A stretch of DNA of 64,000 nt from an uncultured virus (IMG/VR IMGVR_UViG_3300043568_001465) (IMGVR_UViG_3300043568_001465); one strand, 5' to 3'. Shown: positions 1 to 9,583, numbered from the stretch's first letter. The notes: generated by a model not told the origin, from the sequence alone. Program-made: numbers and translations.

Positions 1-2
1 AT

Positions 3-596
3 TTTGCTAGTAATTTAAAAAGAATAATGATAACCGGTAGTGGTGATCCGTTCTATTCTAAAATCTATCGCGATTACTTAATAAATTTTGACAGTAGTAA
101 GTATCCCAAGTTAGAAGCGTTACAGATTATAACCAATGGTAACCTATTAAATGAAAAAATGTGGAACTCAATGAAAGCAACTCCACACATTAAAATCATT
201 GAGATTAGTATTGACGCCGGAACTAAAGACACATATGAGAACAAAACAAGGTTAAATGGTAAATGGGATGTGTTAATGGAAAATCTACGTTTTTTAAGTA
301 CCCAGAATCACATTATTGAGGAATTTGTGTTATCAATGGTGGTTAGTAAACACAATTATAAAGAAATGTATACGTTCTATGAATTGATAACTGACATATT
401 TAAAAATTCAAATTTTAAATGGGGACTATCAATCAACTACAGACAATTGGTTGACTGGGGCACATTTTCAAAAGAAACGTTAGAAGAATTACAGGTCTTT
501 AACACAGAACACCCTGAATATCAAGATTTTATGTCTGAATTAAAAAAGATACACAACCAACCGTTTGTTAATCATAATTTCAACCATCTTCTATAG
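3..596 (+). CDS. Radical SAM protein, C-terminal part (5'-truncated by window edge)
   Basis: Frame is open from base 3 (FASNLKRIMITGSGDPF). ITGSGDPF, TNG, EISIDAGTKDTYENKTRL.GKWD and WGTFS are near-identical to the full radical SAM protein at 8534-9583. Confidence 0.8.
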   Translation, partial: FASNLKRIMITGSGDPFYSKIYRDYLINFDSSKYPKLEALQIITNGNLLNEKMWNSMKATPHIKIIEISIDAGTKDTYENKTRLNGKWDVLMENLRFLSTQNHIIEEFVLSMVVSKHNYKEMYTFYELITDIFKNSNFKWGLSINYRQLVDWGTFSKETLEELQVFNTEHPEYQDFMSELKKIHNQPFVNHNFNHLL

Positions 597-628
597 GTTT
601 TTTGACTTTTTTTAGTTATATTAGTAAT

Positions 629-1063
629 ATGATATACTGGTTAACAGGCCAACCCGGCGCAGGAAAAACAACCTTAGCAAAATACTTAGTGGAATACTTT
701 CCGAAAGATGAGGTTACTCACATCGATGGGGATGACTTAAGGGACATCTTTAAAAACAAGGACTATTCCATAACAGGTAGAAGATTAAACATCCAAAGAG
801 CACAATACATTGCACAATTTATGCATAGTAAGGGACATAATGTTATTGTGTCCTTAGTTTCACCATATAGAGACCAAAGAGAAGAATTTAAATTTAGTAC
901 ATCGGTTGTCGAGATTTATGTACATACCACAGAAGATAGAGGTAGAAACCAATTCCATGTTGAGGAATATGAACCACCATTAGAAAATTTTATAGACATA
1001 GATACAACAATAAAAAACGAAACAGATTCGTATTTTGAACTATTAAAAAAATTATCATTATGA
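629..1063 (+). CDS. cysC: Adenylyl-sulfate (APS) kinase
   Basis: WLTGQPGAGKTT P-loop, IDGDDLR, DYSITGRRLN, VSLVSPY, YEPP. Start moved to ATG 629, just after a TATATTAG element. Confidence 0.85.
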   Translation: MIYWLTGQPGAGKTTLAKYLVEYFPKDEVTHIDGDDLRDIFKNKDYSITGRRLNIQRAQYIAQFMHSKGHNVIVSLVSPYRDQREEFKFSTSVVEIYVHTTEDRGRNQFHVEEYEPPLENFIDIDTTIKNETDSYFELLKKLSL

Positions 1064-1575
1064 TGACAAATGGTATTATCATTGACAATTTTTTAGACAA
1101 TGTTGATGAAATAAGAGAGGAAGCGTTGTTATTAGATTATACTAAATCATTACCTGAAAGTGAAGGTTGGAAAGGGTTTAGGTGTTTAAATGGAAACATG
1201 TTGACACTTGATTTACATGAAAAGATTAAAGAAAAGTTAGTTGAAACTAATATAAAATTTGATAATTGTGATATGAGGTGTTTTTTTCATTATACATTGG
1301 AAGAACATAATGTAGGTAAAAAAAACACACATCGTGATTATGGTTTTGATTATGCTGGGGTTTTATACCTAGCACCAAACCCACAAAAAAATTCAGGTAC
1401 GTCTTTTTATAATGATTTAGGTGAAGAAACCGGTTACTTGGAAAACGTTTATAATAGATTAGTAATTTATCCAGCGAATGAGTTACACTCTTTAAAAGAA
1501 TCTTTTGGTAACGATATTAATAATGGTAGATTAACTTTCACGTTTTTTTGTAAATTAAAAAATAACAATATATGA
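1060..1575 (+). CDS. 2OG-Fe(II) oxygenase-like protein (DUF6445-like)
   Basis: IIDNFL start, HRD, AGVLYL, SGTSFY, NVYNRLVIY...H, GRL. Confidence 0.65.
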   Translation: MMTNGIIIDNFLDNVDEIREEALLLDYTKSLPESEGWKGFRCLNGNMLTLDLHEKIKEKLVETNIKFDNCDMRCFFHYTLEEHNVGKKNTHRDYGFDYAGVLYLAPNPQKNSGTSFYNDLGEETGYLENVYNRLVIYPANELHSLKESFGNDINNGRLTFTFFCKLKNNNI

Positions 1576-1952
1576 GTAAGAAATATGCAATGTACATCGG
1601 TAGGTGGCAAAATTGGCATAAAGGTCACGAATGGTTGATCCGTCAACAAATGGACCAAGGTAAGAACATATGGGTAGCTATTAGGGATGTTGAAGTTGAC
1701 GAGAACAACCCTAAAACAGCTCAAGAGGTTTTTCAAATGTTAATCCAGGAGCCCTTTTTTAACGAGAATTTTGATAAGATTTTACTATCAATTATCCCAG
1801 ATATCGAATCGGTTAATTACGGTAGAGGTGTTGGTTACGATGTAATTTATCATGAGCCACCGGCGGATGTTGCGGTAATAAGTGGAACTGCGATTAGAAC
1901 TGGACATATGACCGCTGATGGTTCAATAAAATATGACCAAACAAAAGGATAA
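1572..1952 (+). CDS. HxGH-family nucleotidyltransferase (cytidylyltransferase-like)
   Basis: GRWQNWHKGH motif and ISGTAIR C-terminal motif. Confidence 0.75.
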   Translation: MSKKYAMYIGRWQNWHKGHEWLIRQQMDQGKNIWVAIRDVEVDENNPKTAQEVFQMLIQEPFFNENFDKILLSIIPDIESVNYGRGVGYDVIYHEPPADVAVISGTAIRTGHMTADGSIKYDQTKG

Positions 1953-2167
1953 TGATTGTAGAACGTAAACGACATATTGCGAAAACAATATCCTATCGCA
2001 TTATAAGCACTATAATAGGTTTCCTTATAATGTGGTGGGTTAGTGGATCAATTAAGATTGGCGCGACCTTTGGTGTGGCTGAATTGGTGTACAAACCTAT
2101 TCAATATTACCTACACGAAAGGATTTGGTATAGATGGATAAAGTTCGGGGTAAAAGATAAAAAATAA
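1952..2167 (+). CDS. DUF2061-family small membrane protein
   Basis: RHIAKTISYR...YYLHERIW pattern with two hydrophobic segments. Confidence 0.75.
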   Translation: MIVERKRHIAKTISYRIISTIIGFLIMWWVSGSIKIGATFGVAELVYKPIQYYLHERIWYRWIKFGVKDKK

Positions 2168-2168
2168 G

Positions 2169-2175
2169 TATTTAT
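2169..2175 (+). promoter_or_regulatory. Putative phage late-promoter motif TATTTAT
   Basis: Same heptamer lies a few to about 22 nt upstream of the starts at 2192, 17551, 43320, 47916, 56368 (+) and 34905, 38208, 51402 (-). Confidence 0.45.
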
Positions 2176-2191
2176 ATATAAATTAGAAAAT

Positions 2192-3679
2192 ATGAGAACA
2201 GTATTGATAGGATCAGATTTTATGTACGATAAGGATGGTAATTTAAGACCCATCGAAATAAACACTGCGGTTGGTTGGGATGGTCCCGAAAAAGTGGAAG
2301 ACGATGCAGATTGTTTGGATTTAACAAGTTTATATCAATTTGTTGAGGATAATAATTTCCAAACGATACATTATGTTGGTGATATTGGTCCATTACACGT
2401 GACATTAATGACACATTATAGCGGAAGTTCTGTTACATATGAATTTCATGGGGTTGGAGCTACTTCCATTACAGTTCCATACATAGAAGATACTGAAACG
2501 ACTTTAATTATTAGGAGTGCATATGACACAACAGCACTAGTGGATGACACATATTGTAAGGATAAAATAGAGTTCATGAATCTAATTAAAGATTCTTCTT
2601 TTGGCTCCCAATTTGCGTACATTGACGAAAATAACACATTGGTGTCAAATATCACATCTATAAATGATAACGGCGAACACCCTAATTTTATTTTAAAATC
2701 TAGATTTCCAGGTTATGACAAGTTAATTTATCCAAAATTTTTTAAAGTTACAACTCAATCTGAATTAGACACTATAATAGCAAATAATGTTACAAGTGAG
2801 TATTTTTTAATGGAGTACCTATGTAACGTCAATAAACTATGGGAAGGGCATTTAACGGTTATAAGAAGTTTAAACATTTTAGTCCCACCAAATTTAGAAT
2901 CAATTCAAATTGGCCAATATACAAAATTGAATCAAAATATGTTACTAGATAATGTGACATATGATTCAATCACATTTGAAGTATATTCAGATTTCAAAGA
3001 GAGTTATAGTACAAACCCACCTACCGGTTTTCAACCTAAATTATTGAATACTGATATGGTAGAAATGGCAGATGGGACATTAAAAACTGCATTGGATTTA
3101 CAAATTGGGGACGTTATTAAAACAATTGAAATACCAAATGAAAAGGGAACTAGTATAGATAGTTACGTATCCTCCGAATTTGGGCTTACGTACGATACGT
3201 TGGTAAGTGATGCAATATATACAACTAATGTCGTAACCAAAAAACAAAAAGTAAACACCTTAACTTTTATAAATGAATTAACATTTGAAGATGCTAGTAC
3301 CTGGGAAGATACTATGGGCTCAAAGTATTTGATAGACAGAGAAGGTGTGGTTATGTTTAAATCATTATGGGGGATATTTCCAGGAGATGTGGTTATATTA
3401 TTAGATACTACTGATGATAATATAAATTTTGTAAGAAAAACAGTTACATCAAATATTCAAGTTAAGAGAGTGTTCTCTGGTTGGTTTATTTCAGTTGATA
3501 CCGCTATGTTATTTTTAACTAAAACAGCCGGGTCAACCAATAACGAATCATATGTTTCAATTGAACATAACCTTATATCTTGTCCCAATTGGACATGTAC
3601 AAACGTTTGCTGGTCCGTCTGTCCATCATGTCCGAAGTATATGTCTTGTCAATCTAATTACTGTTTTCCAGTATGTTAA
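2192..3679 (+). CDS. Fusion of circularly permuted ATP-grasp-like domain, Hint (intein-like) domain and 35-aa Cys-rich C-terminal peptide
   Basis: N-terminal GSDFMYDKDGNLRPIEINT, then FILKSR and FLMEY (ATP-grasp-type). VEMADGTLKTALDLQIGDVIKT resembles Hint block A; domain ends SIEHN. An 8-Cys tail follows. Confidence 0.65.
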   Translation: MRTVLIGSDFMYDKDGNLRPIEINTAVGWDGPEKVEDDADCLDLTSLYQFVEDNNFQTIHYVGDIGPLHVTLMTHYSGSSVTYEFHGVGATSITVPYIEDTETTLIIRSAYDTTALVDDTYCKDKIEFMNLIKDSSFGSQFAYIDENNTLVSNITSINDNGEHPNFILKSRFPGYDKLIYPKFFKVTTQSELDTIIANNVTSEYFLMEYLCNVNKLWEGHLTVIRSLNILVPPNLESIQIGQYTKLNQNMLLDNVTYDSITFEVYSDFKESYSTNPPTGFQPKLLNTDMVEMADGTLKTALDLQIGDVIKTIEIPNEKGTSIDSYVSSEFGLTYDTLVSDAIYTTNVVTKKQKVNTLTFINELTFEDASTWEDTMGSKYLIDREGVVMFKSLWGIFPGDVVILLDTTDDNINFVRKTVTSNIQVKRVFSGWFISVDTAMLFLTKTAGSTNNESYVSIEHNLISCPNWTCTNVCWSVCPSCPKYMSCQSNYCFPVC

Positions 3680-3708
3680 TAACCTTCTTAAATAAATTTA
3701 AATAAAAA

Positions 3709-3798
3709 ATGGCAACAATTATATCAAATACAGACATCAATACTTTAAACACCACAATTACAACAATAGGTAGTTTAATTGTAACAGCAAACAGTTAG
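3709..3798 (+). CDS. 29-aa Thr/Ser/Asn/Ile-rich peptide (not in ORF track)
   Basis: MATIISNTDINTLNTTITTIGSLIVTANS*; A-rich leader, fills the gap between co-oriented genes. Confidence 0.55.
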   Translation: MATIISNTDINTLNTTITTIGSLIVTANS

Positions 3799-3821
3799 TA
3801 TAAAATCTAATAAGTTATTTT

Positions 3822-4355
3822 ATGATACATTTCATACCAAATATTCTTACTAAGGATGAGTGTGAATACTTAACGAATCAATTTGATTTCGAAAGAAAAT
3901 ATCAAATCTCGGTGGATAATGAATATACTGGCACCAATATATCATATGGGTTTGCCCCTTCATTTGCGTTTAATACCTATTTAAATAAATTAAAATCAAA
4001 AGTGTTAGAATATAACAATAATTTTGATGATTTATTCAATGTAAACACATTTGTTAGGGAATATATGAACACCTCAATGTTAAAAAAACATTTAGATAGA
4101 AAAGACATTAGTGTTACTATGTCTATATGTTTAGAATCCACAATAAATAAAGAATGGCCGTTATGTGCGGAAATCGGAAATAAGGAATATTGTTTCAACA
4201 CAAATATTGGTGACGGTATTTTATTATTTGATGCGGATAAAATCACACATTGGAGGGAACCCTTAATATGTCTGGAGAAAGAAAGAGTTGTCCAATTTTT
4301 TTTACATTGGAAACCTTCTGATTACGTCGCAAAAAAAACAAAATCATTATTATAA
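3822..4355 (+). CDS. 2OG-Fe(II) oxygenase-like protein
   Basis: LKKHLDR (HxD), ISVT, GDGILL, HWRE, QFFLHW. Confidence 0.7.
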   Translation: MIHFIPNILTKDECEYLTNQFDFERKYQISVDNEYTGTNISYGFAPSFAFNTYLNKLKSKVLEYNNNFDDLFNVNTFVREYMNTSMLKKHLDRKDISVTMSICLESTINKEWPLCAEIGNKEYCFNTNIGDGILLFDADKITHWREPLICLEKERVVQFFLHWKPSDYVAKKTKSLL

Positions 4356-4366
4356 AAAAATAAATT

Positions 4367-4951
4367 ATGCCATTTACATATACAATAGAGTCAACCTTTT
4401 TAACAAAAGAAGAATGTGATTTAATATTAGATTTTTCATTAAAAGAATTAAAATTAGTACCATCGGAAATTCTTACCAATTACACCGATGGTGGCGACGT
4501 TAATACCGATATTAGAAAATCAAATCAAGTATTTTACCCCTATTATAAAAAATTTCCATTTTTATTAGAAAAAATGAGTAAATTATTAAATCAACATATT
4601 TTTGTTAAAGGGTTCGATTTAGATTTTAAAGAAAGTCAATTTCAGTTTACTGAGTATCATCCAGGCGGACATTTTGGCTGGCATAGAGATGCTCATGGAA
4701 AAAAAATAACGGATTATGACAGGTATTGTTCATTAGTGATACAACTAAATGATGAGTATGGAGAGGGTGATTTACAAATAAAAGATGATCAGAATGGGAC
4801 CCTAACAGTTGAAAAGGGTACAGGAAATTTGATATTATTTTTATCAAATATTGAACATAGAGTAGTGCCAGTAAAAAGTGGGATTAGATATACACTAGTT
4901 AATTGGGTGAAATTAAAACAAAAAAAAGATTATAAAAAAACACTTTTATAG
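4367..4951 (+). CDS. 2OG-Fe(II) oxygenase (prolyl-4-hydroxylase/PKHD-like)
   Basis: QFTEY..GGHFGWHRD, SLVIQL, HRVVPVKSGIRYTLVNW. Confidence 0.85.
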   Translation: MPFTYTIESTFLTKEECDLILDFSLKELKLVPSEILTNYTDGGDVNTDIRKSNQVFYPYYKKFPFLLEKMSKLLNQHIFVKGFDLDFKESQFQFTEYHPGGHFGWHRDAHGKKITDYDRYCSLVIQLNDEYGEGDLQIKDDQNGTLTVEKGTGNLILFLSNIEHRVVPVKSGIRYTLVNWVKLKQKKDYKKTLL

Positions 4952-4952
4952 T

Positions 4953-5270
4953 ATGAAAATAAATTTTAAAGAAATATTAAATGCGTGGTATAATGTTATA
5001 AATCACACACCAGAACAAAAGGAATTAGCAGATAAAAGATTCGCAATATGTTTAGAATGCCCCTCTAAAATAGAAATTTTAAAATACAAGAAATGGCTTT
5101 TTAAATGTAAAGAATGTGGTTGCCCTTTAGGCGCAAAAGTTTACACTGAAACAACATATCTTACTAAAGACAAATCTTGTCCACTTGATAAATGGAAAGA
5201 AGTTGAAATGGAATTTATGAGTAAACATAGTGACACGATTAAATATAAAACTAAAAAAACATTTCTTTAG
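4953..5270 (+). CDS. Small Cys-rich metal-binding protein
   Basis: CLEC, CKECGC and CPLDKW motifs. Confidence 0.6.
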   Translation: MKINFKEILNAWYNVINHTPEQKELADKRFAICLECPSKIEILKYKKWLFKCKECGCPLGAKVYTETTYLTKDKSCPLDKWKEVEMEFMSKHSDTIKYKTKKTFL

Positions 5271-5272
5271 TT

Positions 5273-5962
5273 ATGGGTTATTTAATAAACGATGACCTTT
5301 TATGGGTGATCACCCCTAAATGTGCTAGCGACTCAATAGAAACTGCATTATTAAACTCAAGTTTAAATTTAAAAAAATATAGCGAACACTTCGAACAACA
5401 TACCCATATGCATATACCACTAAACGAGTGCTTAACTAAGTTTGGTAAAAAAGAAACAATATGTATCACTAGAGATTGGTTTGAAAAATGGTTAAGTTCA
5501 TTAAATTTTATTTGGGATTATATAGAATTATATAGTGAATATGAACCAGTATGTAAATGGGAGGACATCAATAATAATGTTATTTATGAGATATTTGATA
5601 GCGAATTTGTAAATAAACTTTACTCATTAAATCATACCTCTAATGAAGAATGTTTTTTGAAATTATTAAAAAGGAACACCGAAGATATTATAAACGTACC
5701 CAAAGAAATTTATGGAATAATAATAACTCTAATATCTGAACGCTATTGGAAAAGTAATGTAAAATGCACATATGAATTTGATATTAAAAAATTAGACGAT
5801 TTTGTCAATTTCATTGAAAATAGGTTTGGTGAAAAATTAATAATAGAAAAGAAAAACGTATCTACAAAAAGACCAAATAAATTAATAGTAAATAATGAAT
5901 TGAAATCTTTTGTTTGGGAAAAATTTGAAAAAATATTTGAAAAAAGAAATCAATTAATTTAA
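5273..5962 (+). CDS. Sulfotransferase family 2-like protein
   Basis: PKCASDSI resembles the 5'-PSB loop; H.H; ITRDWFEKWLS resembles the 3'-PB motif. Confidence 0.6.
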   Translation: MGYLINDDLLWVITPKCASDSIETALLNSSLNLKKYSEHFEQHTHMHIPLNECLTKFGKKETICITRDWFEKWLSSLNFIWDYIELYSEYEPVCKWEDINNNVIYEIFDSEFVNKLYSLNHTSNEECFLKLLKRNTEDIINVPKEIYGIIITLISERYWKSNVKCTYEFDIKKLDDFVNFIENRFGEKLIIEKKNVSTKRPNKLIVNNELKSFVWEKFEKIFEKRNQLI

Positions 5963-5963
5963 T

Positions 5964-6632
5964 ATGGCAACTATTTGGACATTTGGGGATTCATTTACTT
6001 CTGGAGACGGGTGTGTAGAAAACCTAAGAATTAGAGACGGTGATTTTAGATATTATAACGAATATAAAAAACTAGGCAGTGATATATGGCCTAATTTATT
6101 AGGTAAAACTTTAGGATATGACGTAAAAAATCTAGGAAAAAGCGGTGCAAGTAATGACTATATTTTAGATTCTATTATTGATAATTTTAACATGATAGAA
6201 CCAAATGATGTGGTGATAATTGAAAAAACATTTTACCAAAGATTTGATATACCTAAATCAACGGGTGATGGGTTTCAAACAATTTATGCTGAAGGACTTT
6301 ATCAACTTTCTATTGATTTAAAAATGGAAAGATATTTTTGTGAAGATAAATTAGAAATTGAAACGGTATTAAATTATGGTGTTTTATTTTCCGACAATAA
6401 ATTATTTAAAGAAAGACAAGATAAACGATTTGAATTTATACAAGCACAATTAAATAATAAAACAGATAAAATATTAATATGGGATGTTTTAGATTTTTTA
6501 GACGGTAAAATTGAAACAATAGGTCAACACACTGAGGGTAATATAAAAGATTATCATTTTAGTTTTAATGGTCATAAAAGATTTAGCGAATTTCTATATA
6601 AAAAATTATATATTAAACCCTCATTAGTTTAA
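5964..6632 (+). CDS. SGNH/GDSL-like hydrolase or acyltransferase
   Basis: FGDSFT, NLGKSGASND, DYHFSFNGH. Confidence 0.7.
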   Translation: MATIWTFGDSFTSGDGCVENLRIRDGDFRYYNEYKKLGSDIWPNLLGKTLGYDVKNLGKSGASNDYILDSIIDNFNMIEPNDVVIIEKTFYQRFDIPKSTGDGFQTIYAEGLYQLSIDLKMERYFCEDKLEIETVLNYGVLFSDNKLFKERQDKRFEFIQAQLNNKTDKILIWDVLDFLDGKIETIGQHTEGNIKDYHFSFNGHKRFSEFLYKKLYIKPSLV

Positions 6633-7364
6633 ATGTTAGTCGATAAAAAATTTATTTTTATAAGTTTACCAAGATGCGCATCAACATCATTTATGATTAG
6701 GTGTGTTAAAAACAAAATACCAATAGAGCATTTCAACTCAAACCATGATAATCAGTTGATTAAAATCAATGAATGGGAAAAAATGGGTAATGAAGAATTG
6801 GCGGATAGATTAGTACATGCGCACGAACCATTACATATGTTACAAGAAAAATTTGGGACGAACAACCAAATTATTTCAATAAAACGAAATAAGTACGATA
6901 GATTTTTATCTTTATGGAAACACATCATAGACGAATTACACAGAATTAACAAACTTGATATTGCTGACATCTTTTCAAAATTAACAACTAATGATCTGTT
7001 TGTTAATATTAAACCAAATGACATTTATAATTCGGAAAATAGAATTAAAGTTATTGATAATTTTTTATCTAGGTTAGAAATTTCAAAAGAAGAATCTTAC
7101 ACTAAAAATATGTTAGATATATTGTTTATGCCAGTAGTTGAACTTACAAATAACGACCCAAATATTATCTGGTTTGATATTAACAGTTTGAGAGATTTAG
7201 AAAATTGGGTGTCAAAAAAACTAAATAGAGATTTTAAAATGGAAAAAATAAATTCAAGTAAACATTTTAATTCAGTAATGGAGAACGATGATAATTTTAA
7301 ACAGAAATATGATAATCTTTATAAAGAATTTGACCAAAGAAAAACAACTAAAACATTATTGTAA
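6633..7364 (+). CDS. Sulfotransferase family 2-like protein
   Basis: FIFISLPRCASTS, HAHE, KRNKYDRFLS, INSS; paralogous to 5273-5962. Confidence 0.65.
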   Translation: MLVDKKFIFISLPRCASTSFMIRCVKNKIPIEHFNSNHDNQLIKINEWEKMGNEELADRLVHAHEPLHMLQEKFGTNNQIISIKRNKYDRFLSLWKHIIDELHRINKLDIADIFSKLTTNDLFVNIKPNDIYNSENRIKVIDNFLSRLEISKEESYTKNMLDILFMPVVELTNNDPNIIWFDINSLRDLENWVSKKLNRDFKMEKINSSKHFNSVMENDDNFKQKYDNLYKEFDQRKTTKTLL

Positions 7365-8533
7365 TGGAAATTCAATTTTGGTATAGCGATATTTTACCAA
7401 ATACAAATATTAGAAATTCAATCGAAAAAATAGATAGTGACATCTTATTTAAAAATATCCACACCGATAAGGTAGATGTTACAAAATTAAATTTTTTATT
7501 TTTTTTGTTAGAAACTGAATGGACTAATTCCGATATCCCAAACATAGCGTATACTCATTCTAGTGAATTTATTGAATTACTAATTAAGTTACAATCTGAA
7601 AATTTCTATTTTATGTGTAATAATTCTGGGGAAGCCGAACTTTGGGTGGATAATTTATCCTTGAATTTTTTTAATTTGTTAAAAAAAAATAAAATTGATT
7701 TTAACAGATTAATAATTGTAAATAACGATTCATCTAAAATTGGTATAGGTAAAACAAAATATGGGGATTTTATATTAAACACCTGTTTTTTTCCTAATTT
7801 CTTTTTATCTACCTATGAGCATTTAAAGTCATATGTAACTGAATTAAACCCTAACACCATACCTGATAAAAAATTCTTATGTTTAAATAGAAGAATGGGT
7901 TATGAAAAATATAAATTAATCGAGAGGTTATATCATATGGGGTTGTTAAATGACACCAGATTTTCTTGGGTAAAAAATAGCACGAATAAAAATCTGTTAA
8001 ATAAAGAATTACTTAATGAATTAAACATAGATGTTGATAACTTTAACCCTATTCAGTTAGAAGATGATGTAATGTATGGTGCTGATTTAGTTATGGAAAA
8101 GTATCTTTACACCATAAACCCCAAATGGTATTATAAAAGTAAAGTTAATATTATATTGGAAACAATGCTATACCCAAATTCAATTCATCTGACAGAAAAA
8201 ACCTGGAAAGCAATTTATTTAGGTGTCCCGTTTGTTATATATTCACCATCTAAACACTATCTTAAAACCTTAAGGGATATGGGATTCAAGACATTTAATT
8301 CTGTGATTAATGAGGATTATGATGAGATGCTAGGTAAAGATAAAATAACACAAGTTATAAAAAGCGCTGAAGAACTGGCTAGTATCTATGACACCCCCAA
8401 AGTATTAGATATATGTAGATTTAACCAAGAATTATATTTTAATTTTCAACACAGAAAAAAAATATATAATGAGTTTTTTTTAAATAAAATTTGTGATGTT
8501 AAAAACTTAACAATTCCTAAAACATTAATTTAA
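7364..8533 (+). CDS. Conserved phage protein, possibly glycosyltransferase-like
   Basis: KFLCLNRR, VNIILET, LTEKTWKAI..GVPF, LRDMGFKTF...INEDYD; 389-aa ORF coupled to both neighbours. Confidence 0.5.
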   Translation: MEIQFWYSDILPNTNIRNSIEKIDSDILFKNIHTDKVDVTKLNFLFFLLETEWTNSDIPNIAYTHSSEFIELLIKLQSENFYFMCNNSGEAELWVDNLSLNFFNLLKKNKIDFNRLIIVNNDSSKIGIGKTKYGDFILNTCFFPNFFLSTYEHLKSYVTELNPNTIPDKKFLCLNRRMGYEKYKLIERLYHMGLLNDTRFSWVKNSTNKNLLNKELLNELNIDVDNFNPIQLEDDVMYGADLVMEKYLYTINPKWYYKSKVNIILETMLYPNSIHLTEKTWKAIYLGVPFVIYSPSKHYLKTLRDMGFKTFNSVINEDYDEMLGKDKITQVIKSAEELASIYDTPKVLDICRFNQELYFNFQHRKKIYNEFFLNKICDVKNLTIPKTLI

Positions 8534-9583
8534 ATGGGTAATAAAATTGATTTAAAAAATTATACGTGTAGTGTGCCATTTACATCATTAGAAATACATA
8601 ACAATGTTTGTTTTGTGTGCTGTCCATCCTGGTTACCAAACAAAGTAGAACTTAGTGAAATTCCATTAAAAGATGTTTATAATAGCGAACCAATTATTGA
8701 TATAAGAAACTCGATATTAGATGGTTCATTTAGATATTGTAGTCAAGAGCTTTGTCCTTATTTAAGTAAATTAGTGAAGTATGGTGCGGAATCTGGGCCA
8801 GTCACTTTAAAATCAAATTCAAATGTTAATAGCCCTATTGTAAAAAATAACGCACCAGATTATTTGATGATGAATTTTGATAGAACATGTAACTACAAAT
8901 GTCCATCATGTAGAGTTGATTTAATAGTTGAAAATAGTGAGGGTATAAAACGTGTAGAAAAAACAATAGAGGAGATTGATAATCACTACTCGAAATATGT
9001 TAAAACCCTATATATTACTGGATCAGGGGATCCGTTTGTTTCTGTCGGATTCAGAAATTATCTAAGAAATTTTAACCCTAAAAAATACCCAAACTTAAAT
9101 TCCATACACCTACACACAAATGCGTCTATGTGGAATAAAGAAATGTGGGATAGTATGCCAAACATACACGGATATGTCCACTCTTGTGAAATTAGCATCG
9201 ACGCTGGTACAAAAGACACCTATGAAAATAAAACCAGGTTGGGTGGTAAATGGGATAATTTAATTGATAATTTAAAATTCATAAGCACTCTACCAATTTC
9301 AGTTAAAACATCATTTGTGGTTCAAGATTCCAATTACATGGAAATGGGTATTTTTTACAACTTAATGTACTCAATATTTGGTAAAAGAGTAAATGTGTTT
9401 TTTGGTAAGATAACTAATTGGGGGACATTTTCAGAAGGTGAATTTAAATTAAAACAAGTATGGGATACGGAACATCCAGAACATGAGTTATTTAAAAAAG
9501 AGTTTAATAAAGTATGGAAAAATGAAAACCTTTTTCATAATTTATATGAGTTTATTGACAACACAAATAAAACTTTAATATAG
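8534..9583 (+). CDS. Radical SAM protein with N-terminal SPASM/twitch-like Cys cluster
   Basis: CNYKCPSC (CxxxCxxC); N-terminal CSVPF, VCCPSW and C...CPY; GSGDPF, HTNA, SIDAG. Confidence 0.85.
   Translation: MGNKIDLKNYTCSVPFTSLEIHNNVCFVCCPSWLPNKVELSEIPLKDVYNSEPIIDIRNSILDGSFRYCSQELCPYLSKLVKYGAESGPVTLKSNSNVNSPIVKNNAPDYLMMNFDRTCNYKCPSCRVDLIVENSEGIKRVEKTIEEIDNHYSKYVKTLYITGSGDPFVSVGFRNYLRNFNPKKYPNLNSIHLHTNASMWNKEMWDSMPNIHGYVHSCEISIDAGTKDTYENKTRLGGKWDNLIDNLKFISTLPISVKTSFVVQDSNYMEMGIFYNLMYSIFGKRVNVFFGKITNWGTFSEGEFKLKQVWDTEHPEHELFKKEFNKVWKNENLFHNLYEFIDNTNKTLI

Noticed and set aside
3038..3571. Canonical splicing intein with homing endonuclease
   Set aside because: No N-terminal Cys/Ser, the +1 residue is Leu and there are no LAGLIDADG motifs; treated as a cleavage-only Hint domain.
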